Below, piece after piece: positions 18,456 through 27,928 of a stretch of 64,000 nt of DNA (position 1 is its first letter; the number at the start of each line of letters is the position of its first letter). The notes below the pieces were generated by a model, which had not been told where the DNA came from, made no database searches, and saw only the letters and a list, made by a program, of their open reading frames with translations. This DNA comes from a virus. The translations under genes and the position numbers were made by a program. The DNA is taken from the IMG/VR virus record IMGVR_UViG_3300036846_000555, positions 58,350-122,349 of that record. One strand, written 5' to 3'.

Positions 18456-18668
18456 ATGCACCGAGCCGAACGCGCCCGGCTGGCGCGCGAGGCCGCGCTG
18501 GAACGCATCCGCCGTCAGCAGGAGGACGGAGTGCTCACCATCCGTCAGATGACCCCCGAGGAGCGGGAGCACTGGGGGCCGCCGCCCGACCACCCAACGG
18601 GACGCAAGCCGAGCTACCGGCCGTCGCTGGCCCGGTTCAAGCAGGCGCCGCCCGACGACGACGAGTAG
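18456..18668 (+). CDS. Hypothetical protein
   Basis: Operon context. Confidence 0.5.
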   Translation: MHRAERARLAREAALERIRRQQEDGVLTIRQMTPEEREHWGPPPDHPTGRKPSYRPSLARFKQAPPDDDE

Positions 18669-18685
18669 AACCGAGGAGACCAGAG

Positions 18686-18961
18686 ATGGCAGCAACCAAC
18701 GATCGCCCGGCGACGACCGCGACCGAGTACGTGGTGTTGGAGCAGCGCGAGTTCAAAGACGACTCGTCCGGTGAGGTCACCGTCGCCTGGGTCGAGTCCG
18801 GCCACACCACCGGCACGACCCGCAACGGCGTGGTCCTGGAGATCGCCGGGGACAAGGAGGGCATCTGGCGCCCGGTGCCGACCCGCAACTGGGCCGACGC
18901 CATCCGGACGCGCGAGGAAGTCAGCCGCAAGATGAAGGCCGAGCCCGTCGAACCGTTTTGA
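18686..18961 (+). CDS. Hypothetical protein
   Basis: ACCGAGGAG SD. Confidence 0.65.
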   Translation: MAATNDRPATTATEYVVLEQREFKDDSSGEVTVAWVESGHTTGTTRNGVVLEIAGDKEGIWRPVPTRNWADAIRTREEVSRKMKAEPVEPF

Positions 18962-19278
18962 CCGAGCCCGAGACGCCCGCGCCCGAGGAGGAGAAGGACC
19001 CGTTCGAAGAGCTGCGGAAGATCGCGGACTTCGGCGACTACGACGAGCGCGCGCTGGACGACTACCAGGCGCTGTCCTACTACTTCTCGCTGCGCAAGGA
19101 AGGCATGCCGCGCCCGACCGCCAGAGTGCAGACGTGCGCCATGTTCGGCCATGACGCGCCGCGCGGCCAGTGCCTGCGCTGCGGCATCGGGGTCGACCCC
19201 AACAGCGACGAGGCCGGAGCCAAGCGCGAGCGCAGACGGATGGCTGAGCGTGACGCGTGGCTGGCTTCCCGATGGTGA
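18958..19278 (+). CDS. Hypothetical protein with Cys/His motif
   Basis: TTGA coupling; CAMFGH...CLRCG. Confidence 0.55.
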   Translation: MTEPETPAPEEEKDPFEELRKIADFGDYDERALDDYQALSYYFSLRKEGMPRPTARVQTCAMFGHDAPRGQCLRCGIGVDPNSDEAGAKRERRRMAERDAWLASRW

Positions 19279-19302
19279 TCTGAGCGTCGGTACGATGGCG
19301 CC

Positions 19303-19875
19303 GTGGACGACGACGGCGACCGCTCACTTGACGATCTGACCGGGCGCCACATGCGCAAGCGGGGGCGGATCCCCGGGATGAGCGAGATCGAGCGCGAGGA
19401 GCGCAACGCCGAGATCGTCCGCGACCGGCTGCGCGGCCAGAGCTGGGAGTACCTGGCGGAGAAGTACAACCTGACCATCCGCCAGATCCGAGACATCTAC
19501 AACGGCTGGCGCGCCGACAACCAGCCGACCTACCAGGGCCGCGACCCGATCGAGATCGTCCACTCGATGCTCGACCGGCTCAATAGCTGGGTCGAGCAGC
19601 TCGCCGAGGTGGCCGACACCGCCAGCGCCGACGCGACGAGGATCGCCGCGATCAACGCGCAGCTCAACGCGCTGACCCGCACCGCCGAGCTGATGCAGGC
19701 CACCGGCATCCTGCCGCACGATCTCGGCACCCTGCGCCTGGAGCTGGACGTCCAGACGCTCGCCGTCAAGCTCGTCACCGTCCTGACCGACCAGGGCGCC
19801 ACGCCGGAGATGAAGCGCGCGATCCTGGAGACGCTGAGAGCCGATGCGCTGCAGCAGCCCGCGCTGCCCGCTTGA
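19303..19875 (+). CDS. Putative terminase small subunit
   Basis: N-terminal HTH (RNAEIVRDRLRGQSWEYLAEKYNLTIRQIRDIY), helical body, directly upstream of terminase large subunit. Confidence 0.65.
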   Translation: MDDDGDRSLDDLTGRHMRKRGRIPGMSEIEREERNAEIVRDRLRGQSWEYLAEKYNLTIRQIRDIYNGWRADNQPTYQGRDPIEIVHSMLDRLNSWVEQLAEVADTASADATRIAAINAQLNALTRTAELMQATGILPHDLGTLRLELDVQTLAVKLVTVLTDQGATPEMKRAILETLRADALQQPALPA

Positions 19876-20098
19876 CCGCGTCGACGGCTCCCGCTTCTGC
19901 GCAGGCCACCGCGAGCTGTTCGCGTCCATCGCGACCGAGATCGACGACGGCCGCGACGCGCGCCGCCGGTCGCCCGAGCGCCGCCGCCGCACCCTGTTCA
20001 AGGAGTGCGACTGGGCAGGCTGCCCCGAGTGCGCCGCGCCGCGCGAGTCCTACTGCGCATACCACGTGAGGGTGCTGAGCGGTGCCTCTGCGACTTGA
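19844..20098 (+). CDS. Small Cys/His-rich protein
   Basis: Two CxxxxC...CxxH units; overlaps both terminase genes. Confidence 0.45.
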   Translation: MRCSSPRCPLDRVDGSRFCAGHRELFASIATEIDDGRDARRRSPERRRRTLFKECDWAGCPECAAPRESYCAYHVRVLSGASAT

Positions 20099-21839
20099 CC
20101 CGCGCGAGCACTTCGGGCTGACCGTCTCCGACGCGTTCCTGGACGCGCTGGAGTCAGACATCGCCGCGCATGAGCAGCGCCGCGCCAGCTTTCTGCAGTG
20201 GGCGATCAAGGTCCCCGAGACCCGCGGCCCACTGAACTTCGACCGCTGGCCGTTCCAGCGCGAGCTGTACGAGCAGGGGTTCGACGACAAGGAGGTCGTC
20301 GTCATGAAGGCCACGCAGCTCGGGATCTCCGCGTGGCTGGTCCGGTGGGCGCTGTGCTGGGCCGACATGCACGCTGCCCGCGTCCTGTACATCTTCCCCC
20401 GCGAGCGCCAGCTCCTGGACTTCTCTGACGGCCGCATCAAGCCGCTTATCTTGGGTGAGTACCTGAGGACTCGTGTGCCTGCCGCGTCGGTGCAGAACAA
20501 GACGCTGAAGTCCGTCGGCCTGGGGATCATCTACTTCCGCGGCTCCGAGGCCGAGGCCGGGCTGGAGTCGATTGACGCCGACGCGCTGTGCCTCGACGAG
20601 CACGACCTCCTGGTGCAGGCGCACATCCCGATCGCCGAGCGCCGCGTCGGCGGCCAGGACTCGCTCGGGCTGATCCGCCGGATCGGCTTCCCGACCATCA
20701 GCGACCACGGCATCCACAAGGAGTACAAGAAGACCGACCAGCGCGAGTGGACCGTCCGCTGCGAGTTCTGCGGCGAATGGCAGTCGCTGACGTGGGCTGA
20801 CAACGTCGACGTCGAGCGCGAGATCCGCGTGTGCCGCAAGTGCCGCAAGCCGCTCGACGTCGCCACCGGCGAGTGGGTCGCGACGCACCCGGACCGCAGC
20901 ACCCGCGGCTACCACATCACCAAGCTGATCCTGCCGCGCCCCGAGATCGTCAGCACGCTCGTCGCCGCCTCCCGCGAGCAGGTGGCCTACCAGCGCCAGA
21001 TCTTCTTCAACCGCGATCTCGGTGAGCCGTGGGAGGCCGAGGGCGCCCGGCTGACCCCCGCGATGATCGCCGCGGCGCAGCGCGGCTACGCGCAGCTCAC
21101 TGCCTACACCGGCACCAACCCGGTGATCATGGGCGTCGACGTCGCGTCGGTTCGCGCGCTGAACGTGTGGGTGACCGAGCAGGTGTCAGAGACGCAAGGC
21201 CGCGTCCTGTACCTCGGCCTGGTCGACAGCTTCGACGAGCTGGCCAAGCTCATGGACCGCTTCCGGGTGGTCATGGCCGGGATCGACCACCTGCCCGAGA
21301 ACCGGCTGGCGCAGGCGTTCGCGAACCGCTTCGCCGGACGGGTGTACATCATCAGCTACGGCACCGAGACTCAGCGCGACGTGCTCAGCGTCGACGATCA
21401 GCAGCGGCGCGCGTCGGTCCGGCGCACCGAGGCCATCGACGCCGCGCAGGAGCGCGTCCGCGCGCAGCGCGAGTATCTGCCGCAGGATCTCCCGACCGGG
21501 TTCGTGGAGCAGATGTGCGCCAACGTCCGCTCCGTCGAGCGCAACGACGTCGGCCGCGTCCAGGTGCGCTACCGCGCCGACGGCCCGGACGACTGGATGC
21601 AGGCGCTCACCTACGCCATCGTCGCGAACGAGTGCTGGTGGATCCGCCAGCAGGTTGATCACGAGGAGATCACCTCCATCGACGAGATGACCGAGCTGGG
21701 GTTCGAACGCTCGACGCTGCGCGACCCCGACTCGATGGAGTACTCGCCGGGCCGGTCCGATGGCGACTACCAGCTCCACGACGGCCAGGTCAACGGGAAC
21801 GGGTACGGGTACGACGATGGCTACGGCTGGGACGAATAG
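20082..21839 (+). CDS. Terminase large subunit, lambda GpA-like
   Basis: VVVMKATQLGIS, LCLDEHD, GFPT, CEFC/CRKC Zn ribbon, FNRDLGEPW, nuclease MGVDV. Confidence 0.9.
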   Translation: MPLRLDPREHFGLTVSDAFLDALESDIAAHEQRRASFLQWAIKVPETRGPLNFDRWPFQRELYEQGFDDKEVVVMKATQLGISAWLVRWALCWADMHAARVLYIFPRERQLLDFSDGRIKPLILGEYLRTRVPAASVQNKTLKSVGLGIIYFRGSEAEAGLESIDADALCLDEHDLLVQAHIPIAERRVGGQDSLGLIRRIGFPTISDHGIHKEYKKTDQREWTVRCEFCGEWQSLTWADNVDVEREIRVCRKCRKPLDVATGEWVATHPDRSTRGYHITKLILPRPEIVSTLVAASREQVAYQRQIFFNRDLGEPWEAEGARLTPAMIAAAQRGYAQLTAYTGTNPVIMGVDVASVRALNVWVTEQVSETQGRVLYLGLVDSFDELAKLMDRFRVVMAGIDHLPENRLAQAFANRFAGRVYIISYGTETQRDVLSVDDQQRRASVRRTEAIDAAQERVRAQREYLPQDLPTGFVEQMCANVRSVERNDVGRVQVRYRADGPDDWMQALTYAIVANECWWIRQQVDHEEITSIDEMTELGFERSTLRDPDSMEYSPGRSDGDYQLHDGQVNGNGYGYDDGYGWDE

Positions 21840-21847
21840 GCTTCCAT

Positions 21848-21910
21848 AAGCGCACGATGTGTGCTATCCTGTAGGTGGACCCGGAGAGGGTTCAGCTCCC
21901 GACCGAGGAG
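21848..21910 (+). promoter_or_regulatory. Dyad promoter-hairpin-SD cassette
   Basis: AGCGCACGATGTGTGC-TATCCT; TGGACCC/GGGTTCA stem; CCGACCGAGGAG. Confidence 0.8.
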
Positions 21911-21916
21911 GACAAG

Positions 21917-22153
21917 ATGGAGGCCACGACGATCTACCTCGCCAATGGCCAGGTGCGGACGGTCAAGGGCCGCGCCGAGGACATCGCCGTCGCGCTGCGG
22001 CGCCGGACGATGACCGAGGACGACCGGATCCGTCAGTTCACCACCACCGACGGCGGCACGCTGACGATCAACGCCGACGCCGTCGCCATGACCGAGACCG
22101 CGACCACGCGGGCCGACCGAGCGTTCGGCTTCGCCCGAGCCCTGGAGGCCTGA
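21917..22153 (+). CDS. Hypothetical protein
   Basis: First gene after cassette. Confidence 0.7.
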   Translation: MEATTIYLANGQVRTVKGRAEDIAVALRRRTMTEDDRIRQFTTTDGGTLTINADAVAMTETATTRADRAFGFARALEA

Positions 22154-22407
22154 TGAGCGACTGGACCACCAAGTACTACCCGGTCGGATCGCGCTACTGG
22201 GTGCTGCCCGGCACCGAGTACACGATCGAGACCACCGGCTACAACACGACGACCTGGAAGTCCGGGGCTGAGAAGGGGCGCCGCATGGGCGGCGGCTACT
22301 GCCCGCGCCGCGGGCGGCAGCGCCTGGGGAGCTACCCCACGCTGCAGATGGCCAAGGACCGGGTTACCCGCGACATCGCCCGCCGGGCGGAGAGGGAGGC
22401 AGCATGA
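22153..22407 (+). CDS. Hypothetical protein
   Basis: TGATG coupling. Confidence 0.6.
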   Translation: MSDWTTKYYPVGSRYWVLPGTEYTIETTGYNTTTWKSGAEKGRRMGGGYCPRRGRQRLGSYPTLQMAKDRVTRDIARRAEREAA

Positions 22408-22607
22408 GGACCGCAAGCGAACGGTTCCCGATCGGAACGCGCATCGAGCACACCACCGACGGTGAGACCGGCACGGTGATCGGCCACCTCTCCTTCGGCA
22501 TTCGCGTCGCGGTGGACGTCAACCCCGACGAGTGGCGCTGGTGCGTCATCGGCCCGCCGTCCAACGTGACCGCGGTGTGGGAGTCCTGGACCTGCGCGCG
22601 GACCTAG
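22404..22607 (+). CDS. Hypothetical protein (SH3-like)
   Basis: ATGA coupling. Confidence 0.55.
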   Translation: MRTASERFPIGTRIEHTTDGETGTVIGHLSFGIRVAVDVNPDEWRWCVIGPPSNVTAVWESWTCART

Positions 22608-22611
22608 TAAG

Positions 22612-22674
22612 AGCACACGACGTGTGCTATGATGTGTGTGCGGTCAGAGAGGCCGCAATCCCCCGACCGAGGAG
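22612..22674 (+). promoter_or_regulatory. Dyad promoter-hairpin-SD cassette (perfect palindrome)
   Basis: AGCACAC-GAC-GTGTGCT overlapping TATGAT; GCGGTC/GGCCGC stem; CCGACCGAGGAG. Confidence 0.8.
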
Positions 22675-22680
22675 ATCACG

Positions 22681-22899
22681 ATGGCAGCACGACAGATCAT
22701 GGACGCCACCGACCAGATCGAGGTCGAGGGCTACACCGGCCGCGTCAAGGTGATCGTCGAGGGTGACGACATCGTCGCCATCGCCTGCACCTGGTTCGCG
22801 CGCTGCGAGAACGAGGCCACGACCACCCGGTCGCATCCCGTCCTGGGCGACGCGCCCATCTGCGAGCGCTGCGACAAGAGGATCGAGGCGCTGGCATGA
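22681..22899 (+). CDS. Small Zn-binding protein
   Basis: C..WFARC...H...ICERC. Confidence 0.6.
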   Translation: MAARQIMDATDQIEVEGYTGRVKVIVEGDDIVAIACTWFARCENEATTTRSHPVLGDAPICERCDKRIEALA

Positions 22900-23081
22900 C
22901 CTCGACCGTCACCGCCTGCTGGTCCGCGCACTGCGCGAAGGAGGCTGTGACGACCTGCGAGCACCCCATCTGGGGCCGGATCAAGGTCTGCGACGGGTGC
23001 GACGCGAAGCTTGCGGGGCTATGCGCCCCGTACGAGGAGCACGTCCGACAGACCAAGACCGAGGAGACCAAGACCACATGA
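22896..23081 (+). CDS. Small Zn-binding protein
   Basis: CWSAHC...H...CDGC, similar pattern to upstream gene. Confidence 0.55.
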   Translation: MTSTVTACWSAHCAKEAVTTCEHPIWGRIKVCDGCDAKLAGLCAPYEEHVRQTKTEETKTT

Positions 23082-23338
23082 CCATCACCGCCACGCCAGG
23101 CACCGTCGGCAAGCGCAAGGCCGCCCGGCGCCGAGTCCGTAACTGGCTCGGCACGTCCAGCGACCCCGCACCGAGGCTGCGCTCCGTGCTGCTGGCCGCG
23201 ACGTCGCTGAACTACCTGCTCAAGCTCACGACCGGCCGCGCCTACGAGCTGCGGCTGCTGCGAGGCACCGAGCTGATCACCATCGACCAGGCGATCACTG
23301 AGATCGACCAACAGACCGAGGAGACCAACACCGCATGA
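23078..23338 (+). CDS. Hypothetical protein
   Basis: GACCGAGGAG SD. Confidence 0.55.
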   Translation: MTITATPGTVGKRKAARRRVRNWLGTSSDPAPRLRSVLLAATSLNYLLKLTTGRAYELRLLRGTELITIDQAITEIDQQTEETNTA

Positions 23339-23979
23339 CCACCACCATGACACCGCGAGAGACCGATATGGCGCTCGCTGAGCTGTGGCGCGAGATGTAC
23401 CGCATGCGCGACAAGCTTGGCTGGAACGCGAGCACCCTGCTGCGCCTCGCGGGCGCGAAGTACTACTACCGCGGACGCCAGCGCGTCACCGACATGAAGC
23501 TCAGCGAGGCGATCGAGATCCTGAACGCCGAGATCACCAGGCTCGATGCGTACAAGGCGTCGCACAAGGTCACCGAGGCCGACGGCTGGGAGCGCACCGA
23601 CTGGACGGAGTGGAGCGGCCTCGTCCGCGGCTACGACGCCGACGCGCCCGCGGAGACGCTCGCTGAGCGCGACACGCTGCTCGACGAGCTGCACGCGCTG
23701 CAGGAGCGCGCCGACGACCTGGAGGCGACGTACACCGGCTGGTCGCGGTTCTTCCTGGTGACGTCGAGCCCCGGCCACGTCCACAGCTCGATGAGCTGCT
23801 CGACCTGCTACCCGACGACCCGCTTCGGCTGGATGCCCGAGCTGTCGGGCCACACCGAGGCCGAGGCCGTCGACGAGCTGGGGCCGACGCTCTGCACCGT
23901 CTGCTTCCCCAGCGCGCCGGTCGACTGGACCACCGGCAAGAAGCTGACCAAGGCGCAGGCCGAGAAGAAGGCGGCGTGA
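23335..23979 (+). CDS. Conserved actinophage-type hypothetical protein, Zn-binding C-terminus
   Basis: WSRFFLV...HVHSSMSCSTC...LCTVCFPSAPV. Confidence 0.7.
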   Translation: MTTTMTPRETDMALAELWREMYRMRDKLGWNASTLLRLAGAKYYYRGRQRVTDMKLSEAIEILNAEITRLDAYKASHKVTEADGWERTDWTEWSGLVRGYDADAPAETLAERDTLLDELHALQERADDLEATYTGWSRFFLVTSSPGHVHSSMSCSTCYPTTRFGWMPELSGHTEAEAVDELGPTLCTVCFPSAPVDWTTGKKLTKAQAEKKAA

Positions 23980-24179
23980 TGCGTGCGTATCAGACCGGCT
24001 ACGGCGCCGGGAAGGTTCACCTTGGTGAGCCCGCCCGGCGCCAGCGCTTCTACACGATCCTGTACTGCACCGGGCGCGCCGTGAGCGGCGCGTACACCAC
24101 CGGCGCCGCCGTTGACTGCAAGGCGTGCCTCAAGCGCGCCAAGGCCAACGGCATCGACCCGACCGAGGAGACCCCATGA
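23979..24179 (+). CDS. Hypothetical protein
   Basis: Coupled; VH...C...CKAC. Confidence 0.55.
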   Translation: MRAYQTGYGAGKVHLGEPARRQRFYTILYCTGRAVSGAYTTGAAVDCKACLKRAKANGIDPTEETP

Positions 24180-24394
24180 CCACAACCACGATCAAGCTGA
24201 GCCCGAAACAGCGCGAGATGCTGGAGAAGGCTGCCGCCGACCCGGACTTCCGCGCGGGCGTCGGCTTTCACGTAGCCACGCGACGCACCGCCGAGAAGCT
24301 GGTGGAGTACGGGCTGGGCACGATCGCCTTCTACGGCGCGACCGTGTTCTACATCAACCGCGCCGGGCTGGCCTACCTGGCCGAGGCCGGATGA
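24176..24394 (+). CDS. Small winged-helix-like protein
   Basis: LSPKQREML...RRTAEKLVEYGL...YINRAG. Confidence 0.55.
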   Translation: MTTTTIKLSPKQREMLEKAAADPDFRAGVGFHVATRRTAEKLVEYGLGTIAFYGATVFYINRAGLAYLAEAG

Positions 24395-24618
24395 CCGAGC
24401 CGGTCCTCCGGCGGCGCCGTCGCATCTACGTCGACGGCGTCTACGTCGGCTGGGTGGTCAAGCGCGACGGCGAGTTCCGCGCGTACGTCACCCACCCGCA
24501 GGGCGGCTTCATGAGCGTCGAGGGCAGCTCCCGCCGCGCCGCCGCAGCAAACGCCTGGAGCGCACGATGTGTGCTAGAATCACTGTACAACGAGCAATCG
24601 ACCGAGGAGACGAAATGA
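24391..24618 (+). CDS. Hypothetical protein
   Basis: Coupled; 3' end reads through promoter motif. Confidence 0.5.
   Translation: MTEPVLRRRRRIYVDGVYVGWVVKRDGEFRAYVTHPQGGFMSVEGSSRRAAAANAWSARCVLESLYNEQSTEETK
24559..24609 (+). promoter_or_regulatory. Dyad promoter plus SD (no hairpin)
   Basis: AGCGCACGATGTGTGC-TAGAAT; CGACCGAGGAG. Confidence 0.75.
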
Positions 24619-24911
24619 GCGCGCCAAAGATCCGCGCCGTGTATCGCCTTGAGCCCGCCGGGCTCATTGACCGCACCGACAAGCGCGTGACGGCGTACGC
24701 CGGACGCGAGGTGCAGATGATCCAGCCGTGGGGTTGCCCCCGCAACGGGACGATGGGGATGGTGTACGTCCAGCTCGCCGAGGAGGGCGAGTTCATCGGG
24801 CTCGTCAGCAAGGCGTCGCTGGTCAAGACCGGCCGCACCGCGCCGGTGCGCGACCTGGCCGCCGAGGCTCGCGACGCGCGCTCGGCCGCGATCATGCGGG
24901 GGGTGAGGTGA
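24615..24911 (+). CDS. Hypothetical protein
   Basis: After promoter; QPWGCPRNGTMGMVYV. Confidence 0.7.
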   Translation: MSAPKIRAVYRLEPAGLIDRTDKRVTAYAGREVQMIQPWGCPRNGTMGMVYVQLAEEGEFIGLVSKASLVKTGRTAPVRDLAAEARDARSAAIMRGVR

Positions 24912-25183
24912 TGGCAGACCTGACGCCCTTCCTCATCCATGTCCACGTCGATGACCGGCCGAAGCCGACGCTGACCGAGTGGCTCGACGAGAGCTACGAC
25001 CGCGCCGACCGGCAAGTCAAGGCCCGGATCGAGGACGCCAACCGAATCCACCGGGGGAAGCCGAAGGGCTACACCAAGCATCTCGCGGCGATCGAGCGAG
25101 ACATCGCCGCCGTCCGCGGCTATCGCAACGCGGTCAACGAGCTGCGCGAGGCGATCGAACGCGGGGACGTGATCCTGCCATGA
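24911..25183 (+). CDS. Hypothetical protein
   Basis: TGATG coupling. Confidence 0.6.
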   Translation: MADLTPFLIHVHVDDRPKPTLTEWLDESYDRADRQVKARIEDANRIHRGKPKGYTKHLAAIERDIAAVRGYRNAVNELREAIERGDVILP

Positions 25184-25479
25184 GGATCACCGACGAGCTG
25201 GTGCAGCAGGCGTGCCTCGCTTACGGCGGGGGCGCCTTCCCGGCACGCATGCGCGCTGCCCTGGAGGCGGCGCTTGCCGACGCGCAGCCCGGCCTGCGCG
25301 CGCCGATGCTGGAGCTGGAGAAGCTCCAGAAGCTCGCGCGCGAAGCCGTCGAGATCTGGACCGCCGGATCCGCCATGTACTCCGCTCACGAATACGAGAC
25401 CGCGATGGGCGACCTGGCCCGCGCGCTGCCGCCCAAGCCGCACGCGCCGATCGAGACGCATCCCGATGACCCATTTTGA
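25180..25479 (+). CDS. Hypothetical protein
   Basis: ATGA coupling. Confidence 0.55.
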   Translation: MRITDELVQQACLAYGGGAFPARMRAALEAALADAQPGLRAPMLELEKLQKLAREAVEIWTAGSAMYSAHEYETAMGDLARALPPKPHAPIETHPDDPF

Positions 25480-26092
25480 GGACGCGGTTGTCGCTATCGC
25501 GAACGAGGTGCTGGCGCCGCTGGAGGACTGGGCGGCCCAGTGCCATGCCGCGTCGGTGAAGCTGGTGCAGTCCGGGCGCTTCGACGTCTGCCGTGTCGCA
25601 CGCGGATCCTGCACCGGCGTTGGCGGCCAGCACTCCTGGGTGGTGCTCGGCGACGACTGCTACGACATGGATGCGACACTCATCGACCCGACGCTCTGGA
25701 GTTACGACGACACCGTCACCGGCGTTTGGGTCGGCACCTACCGCGATGGGAAGCACACGCCGCACGGCAAGGGCTCGATTTGGGCGTGGGGCCGCCCCGA
25801 CGAGGCGACCGGCCCGGTGATCGAACTGACGCCCCGCGAGCCGTTCTCACAGTCGGCGCTCGACTTCCTGGAGCTGCTCGGCCCGCTCGACCGCGAGGGC
25901 TGGATCATGCTGGCGCACGCGCCCGTCGAGTTCTGGCCCGCCGCCGAGATCATCGACGCGATGTGCGAGACGCCGCACCCCACGATCCCCAACCAGACCC
26001 TGGAGGGCTACGTCCCGATCGACATCGTCGGGATGGTGACCACCCGCAACCCGGGCGGGCTGTACCTGCCCGAGGAGGACGCTGATGCCTGA
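25466..26092 (+). CDS. Putative papain/transglutaminase-fold enzyme
   Basis: Cys-His-Asp pattern QCHAAS...QHSWV...IDPT. Confidence 0.55.
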   Translation: MTHFEDAVVAIANEVLAPLEDWAAQCHAASVKLVQSGRFDVCRVARGSCTGVGGQHSWVVLGDDCYDMDATLIDPTLWSYDDTVTGVWVGTYRDGKHTPHGKGSIWAWGRPDEATGPVIELTPREPFSQSALDFLELLGPLDREGWIMLAHAPVEFWPAAEIIDAMCETPHPTIPNQTLEGYVPIDIVGMVTTRNPGGLYLPEEDADA

Positions 26093-26474
26093 GCTGGTGA
26101 CCTGCACCGTCTGCGGCGACGAGGACACGCTCACGTTCTCCGGCGACATCGGCGCGCGGATGCGCGAGCGCCGCGAATGCTTCCGCTGCGCGTTCTGGCT
26201 GACGCTGGCCGAGCAGGACAAGGCGGCGCCCGAGAACGTCGCGATCATCAGCGGCCGCCACTACGTGATCGCGCCGGACCTCACCCGCGGCCCCCGCTCG
26301 CTGGCGGGCATGGGCGGCGCCCGGTGCGTCATCGCCTTCCACGACGGGCGCGAGGTAGTCACGCACAACCTGTGGCACCAGGGCTCGATCCCTGACCGCT
26401 TCCGCGACCTGTTCCCGGACAACGCGTCCTGGGGCGAGCAGGGGCGACTGACGGTCCGCCAGAGGACACCATAA
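26085..26474 (+). CDS. Hypothetical protein with Zn motifs
   Basis: CTVC...CFRCAFW; THNLWHQG. Confidence 0.65.
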   Translation: MPELVTCTVCGDEDTLTFSGDIGARMRERRECFRCAFWLTLAEQDKAAPENVAIISGRHYVIAPDLTRGPRSLAGMGGARCVIAFHDGREVVTHNLWHQGSIPDRFRDLFPDNASWGEQGRLTVRQRTP

Positions 26475-26495
26475 GCGCACGATGTGTGCTACAAT
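26473..26495 (+). promoter_or_regulatory. Dyad promoter, probably for a leaderless mRNA
   Basis: AAGCGCACGATGTGTGC-TACAAT; GTG 7 nt after -10. Confidence 0.75.
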
Positions 26496-26501
26496 GAACT
26501 T

Positions 26502-26702
26502 GTGACCAGAGACAAAGAACAGGCCCGATACACCGTCGTCGACCGGTACGCCACCACGGCGTCTGAGCTACGCCCCAAGTCGACCGCGATCAACCCCCGC
26601 TACTGGGTGTGGGACACGGTCGAGCACACCATCGTCGACGAGTTCACCACCAAGCGCCCGGCCACGATGGCCGTGCGCGACCTGAACAGGGAGGCACGCT
26701 GA
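26502..26702 (+). CDS. Hypothetical protein (probably leaderless)
   Basis: GTG at predicted TSS, no SD. Confidence 0.55.
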   Translation: MTRDKEQARYTVVDRYATTASELRPKSTAINPRYWVWDTVEHTIVDEFTTKRPATMAVRDLNREAR

Positions 26703-26962
26703 TGATCAAGCCGATCGAAGGCTGGACCTGGTGGCTCGACGAGGGCCAGGAGTCCGGCGTCTGGCCGTGCGAGGTGCTCGACTACCTGGGGCCGGTGTTC
26801 GGCGTCAAGGTCAGGCCCACACACGAGGGCAGCCTGTACTACGGGCAGACCCTCTGGGTCGACCACAACCGCGTCTACGACTCCGGATTCCACCGGGTCC
26901 GCGAGGCGCAGATCCGCGCCGAGGACCGCCCGTCCGACCGTCCGGCGACGAGCTGGCTCTAG
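26702..26962 (+). CDS. Hypothetical protein
   Basis: SD GGAGG; TGATG coupling. Confidence 0.6.
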   Translation: MIKPIEGWTWWLDEGQESGVWPCEVLDYLGPVFGVKVRPTHEGSLYYGQTLWVDHNRVYDSGFHRVREAQIRAEDRPSDRPATSWL

Positions 26963-27019
26963 CGCACAACGTGCGCTAGAATGAACAAGGCGGCATGAGC
27001 CGCCACCCCGACCGAGGAG
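26961..27019 (+). promoter_or_regulatory. Dyad promoter-hairpin-SD cassette
   Basis: AGCGCAC-AAC-GTGCGCT perfect dyad, TAGAAT; GGCGGC/GCCGCC stem; CCGACCGAGGAG. Confidence 0.8.
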
Positions 27020-27024
27020 ACCAC

Positions 27025-27294
27025 ATGAAGCTGACACTGACGGACGCGACCGCGCGCCTGTCCACCCTGGTGCGCGAGAACCTGCTGGGCGCTGAGCTGC
27101 AGGAGTTCCGGCTCGTCGAGGAGTACGACGACGAGAGCGCCTACGTCGTGCGCTGGAGCCGGGACATCGGCCGCGGCCGCACCGAGTACGGCACCCACCG
27201 CGCCGCGATCAACATCGAGGGCGGCATGCTGCTCTGGGGCCACTACACCCGAGACGAGGCCGACGCCTGTCGCGACTACCAGGAGCGCACATGA
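27025..27294 (+). CDS. Hypothetical protein
   Basis: After cassette. Confidence 0.7.
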   Translation: MKLTLTDATARLSTLVRENLLGAELQEFRLVEEYDDESAYVVRWSRDIGRGRTEYGTHRAAINIEGGMLLWGHYTRDEADACRDYQERT

Positions 27295-27500
27295 CCACCA
27301 TCGAGGCCATCATCGAGCGCGACGGCGACGGCTACACCGTTCTGACGCGCCGCGACGGCAGCAACCCCTGGGGCGTCGGCGTGACCTTCCCGAGCTGGAG
27401 CGGCGCGCGCAGCGTGGCCGTAGCCATCCTGAACGCCACCCACTGGGGCGACAACAGGCCCGAACAAAAGCTGACCGACACGACCGAGGAGAAAGCATGA
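27291..27500 (+). CDS. Hypothetical protein
   Basis: ATGA coupling. Confidence 0.55.
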   Translation: MTTIEAIIERDGDGYTVLTRRDGSNPWGVGVTFPSWSGARSVAVAILNATHWGDNRPEQKLTDTTEEKA

Positions 27501-27928
27501 CCATCACCACCACCGAGCCGCGCATCACCTTCAACAAGAGCGCGAGGACGATCAAGGCCGACTACCTGATCGCCACCGACAACGGAGGACTCAGCGGGCG
27601 CGAGCGCCGCGTCCTCGCGAGCTTCCGCGTCGGCTACGACAAGGGCGGGCCGAATTACTTCAGCGGCGGAACGACGCCGCGGAGCTACAGCGCGTCCATC
27701 AGCCGCGTGACTGAGGAGGAGATCTTCGATCGCGACGGCAACCGGATCGGCACGTCGCAGAGCTTCACCCTGTTCAAGGGGCTCGGCCTGATGCGCTCCG
27801 AGCCGGTGGGGCGCTACAGCGAGAAGGGGCTGCGCGCCTTCTACGACGAGGCCAAGGCCCGCTTCGACGAGCTGCGGCTGGAGGACGAGCGCATCGCCCG
27901 CTACTTCGATCCCGACGCCGACGCATGA
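27497..27928 (+). CDS. Hypothetical protein
   Basis: CGACCGAGGAG SD. Confidence 0.7.
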   Translation: MTITTTEPRITFNKSARTIKADYLIATDNGGLSGRERRVLASFRVGYDKGGPNYFSGGTTPRSYSASISRVTEEEIFDRDGNRIGTSQSFTLFKGLGLMRSEPVGRYSEKGLRAFYDEAKARFDELRLEDERIARYFDPDADA

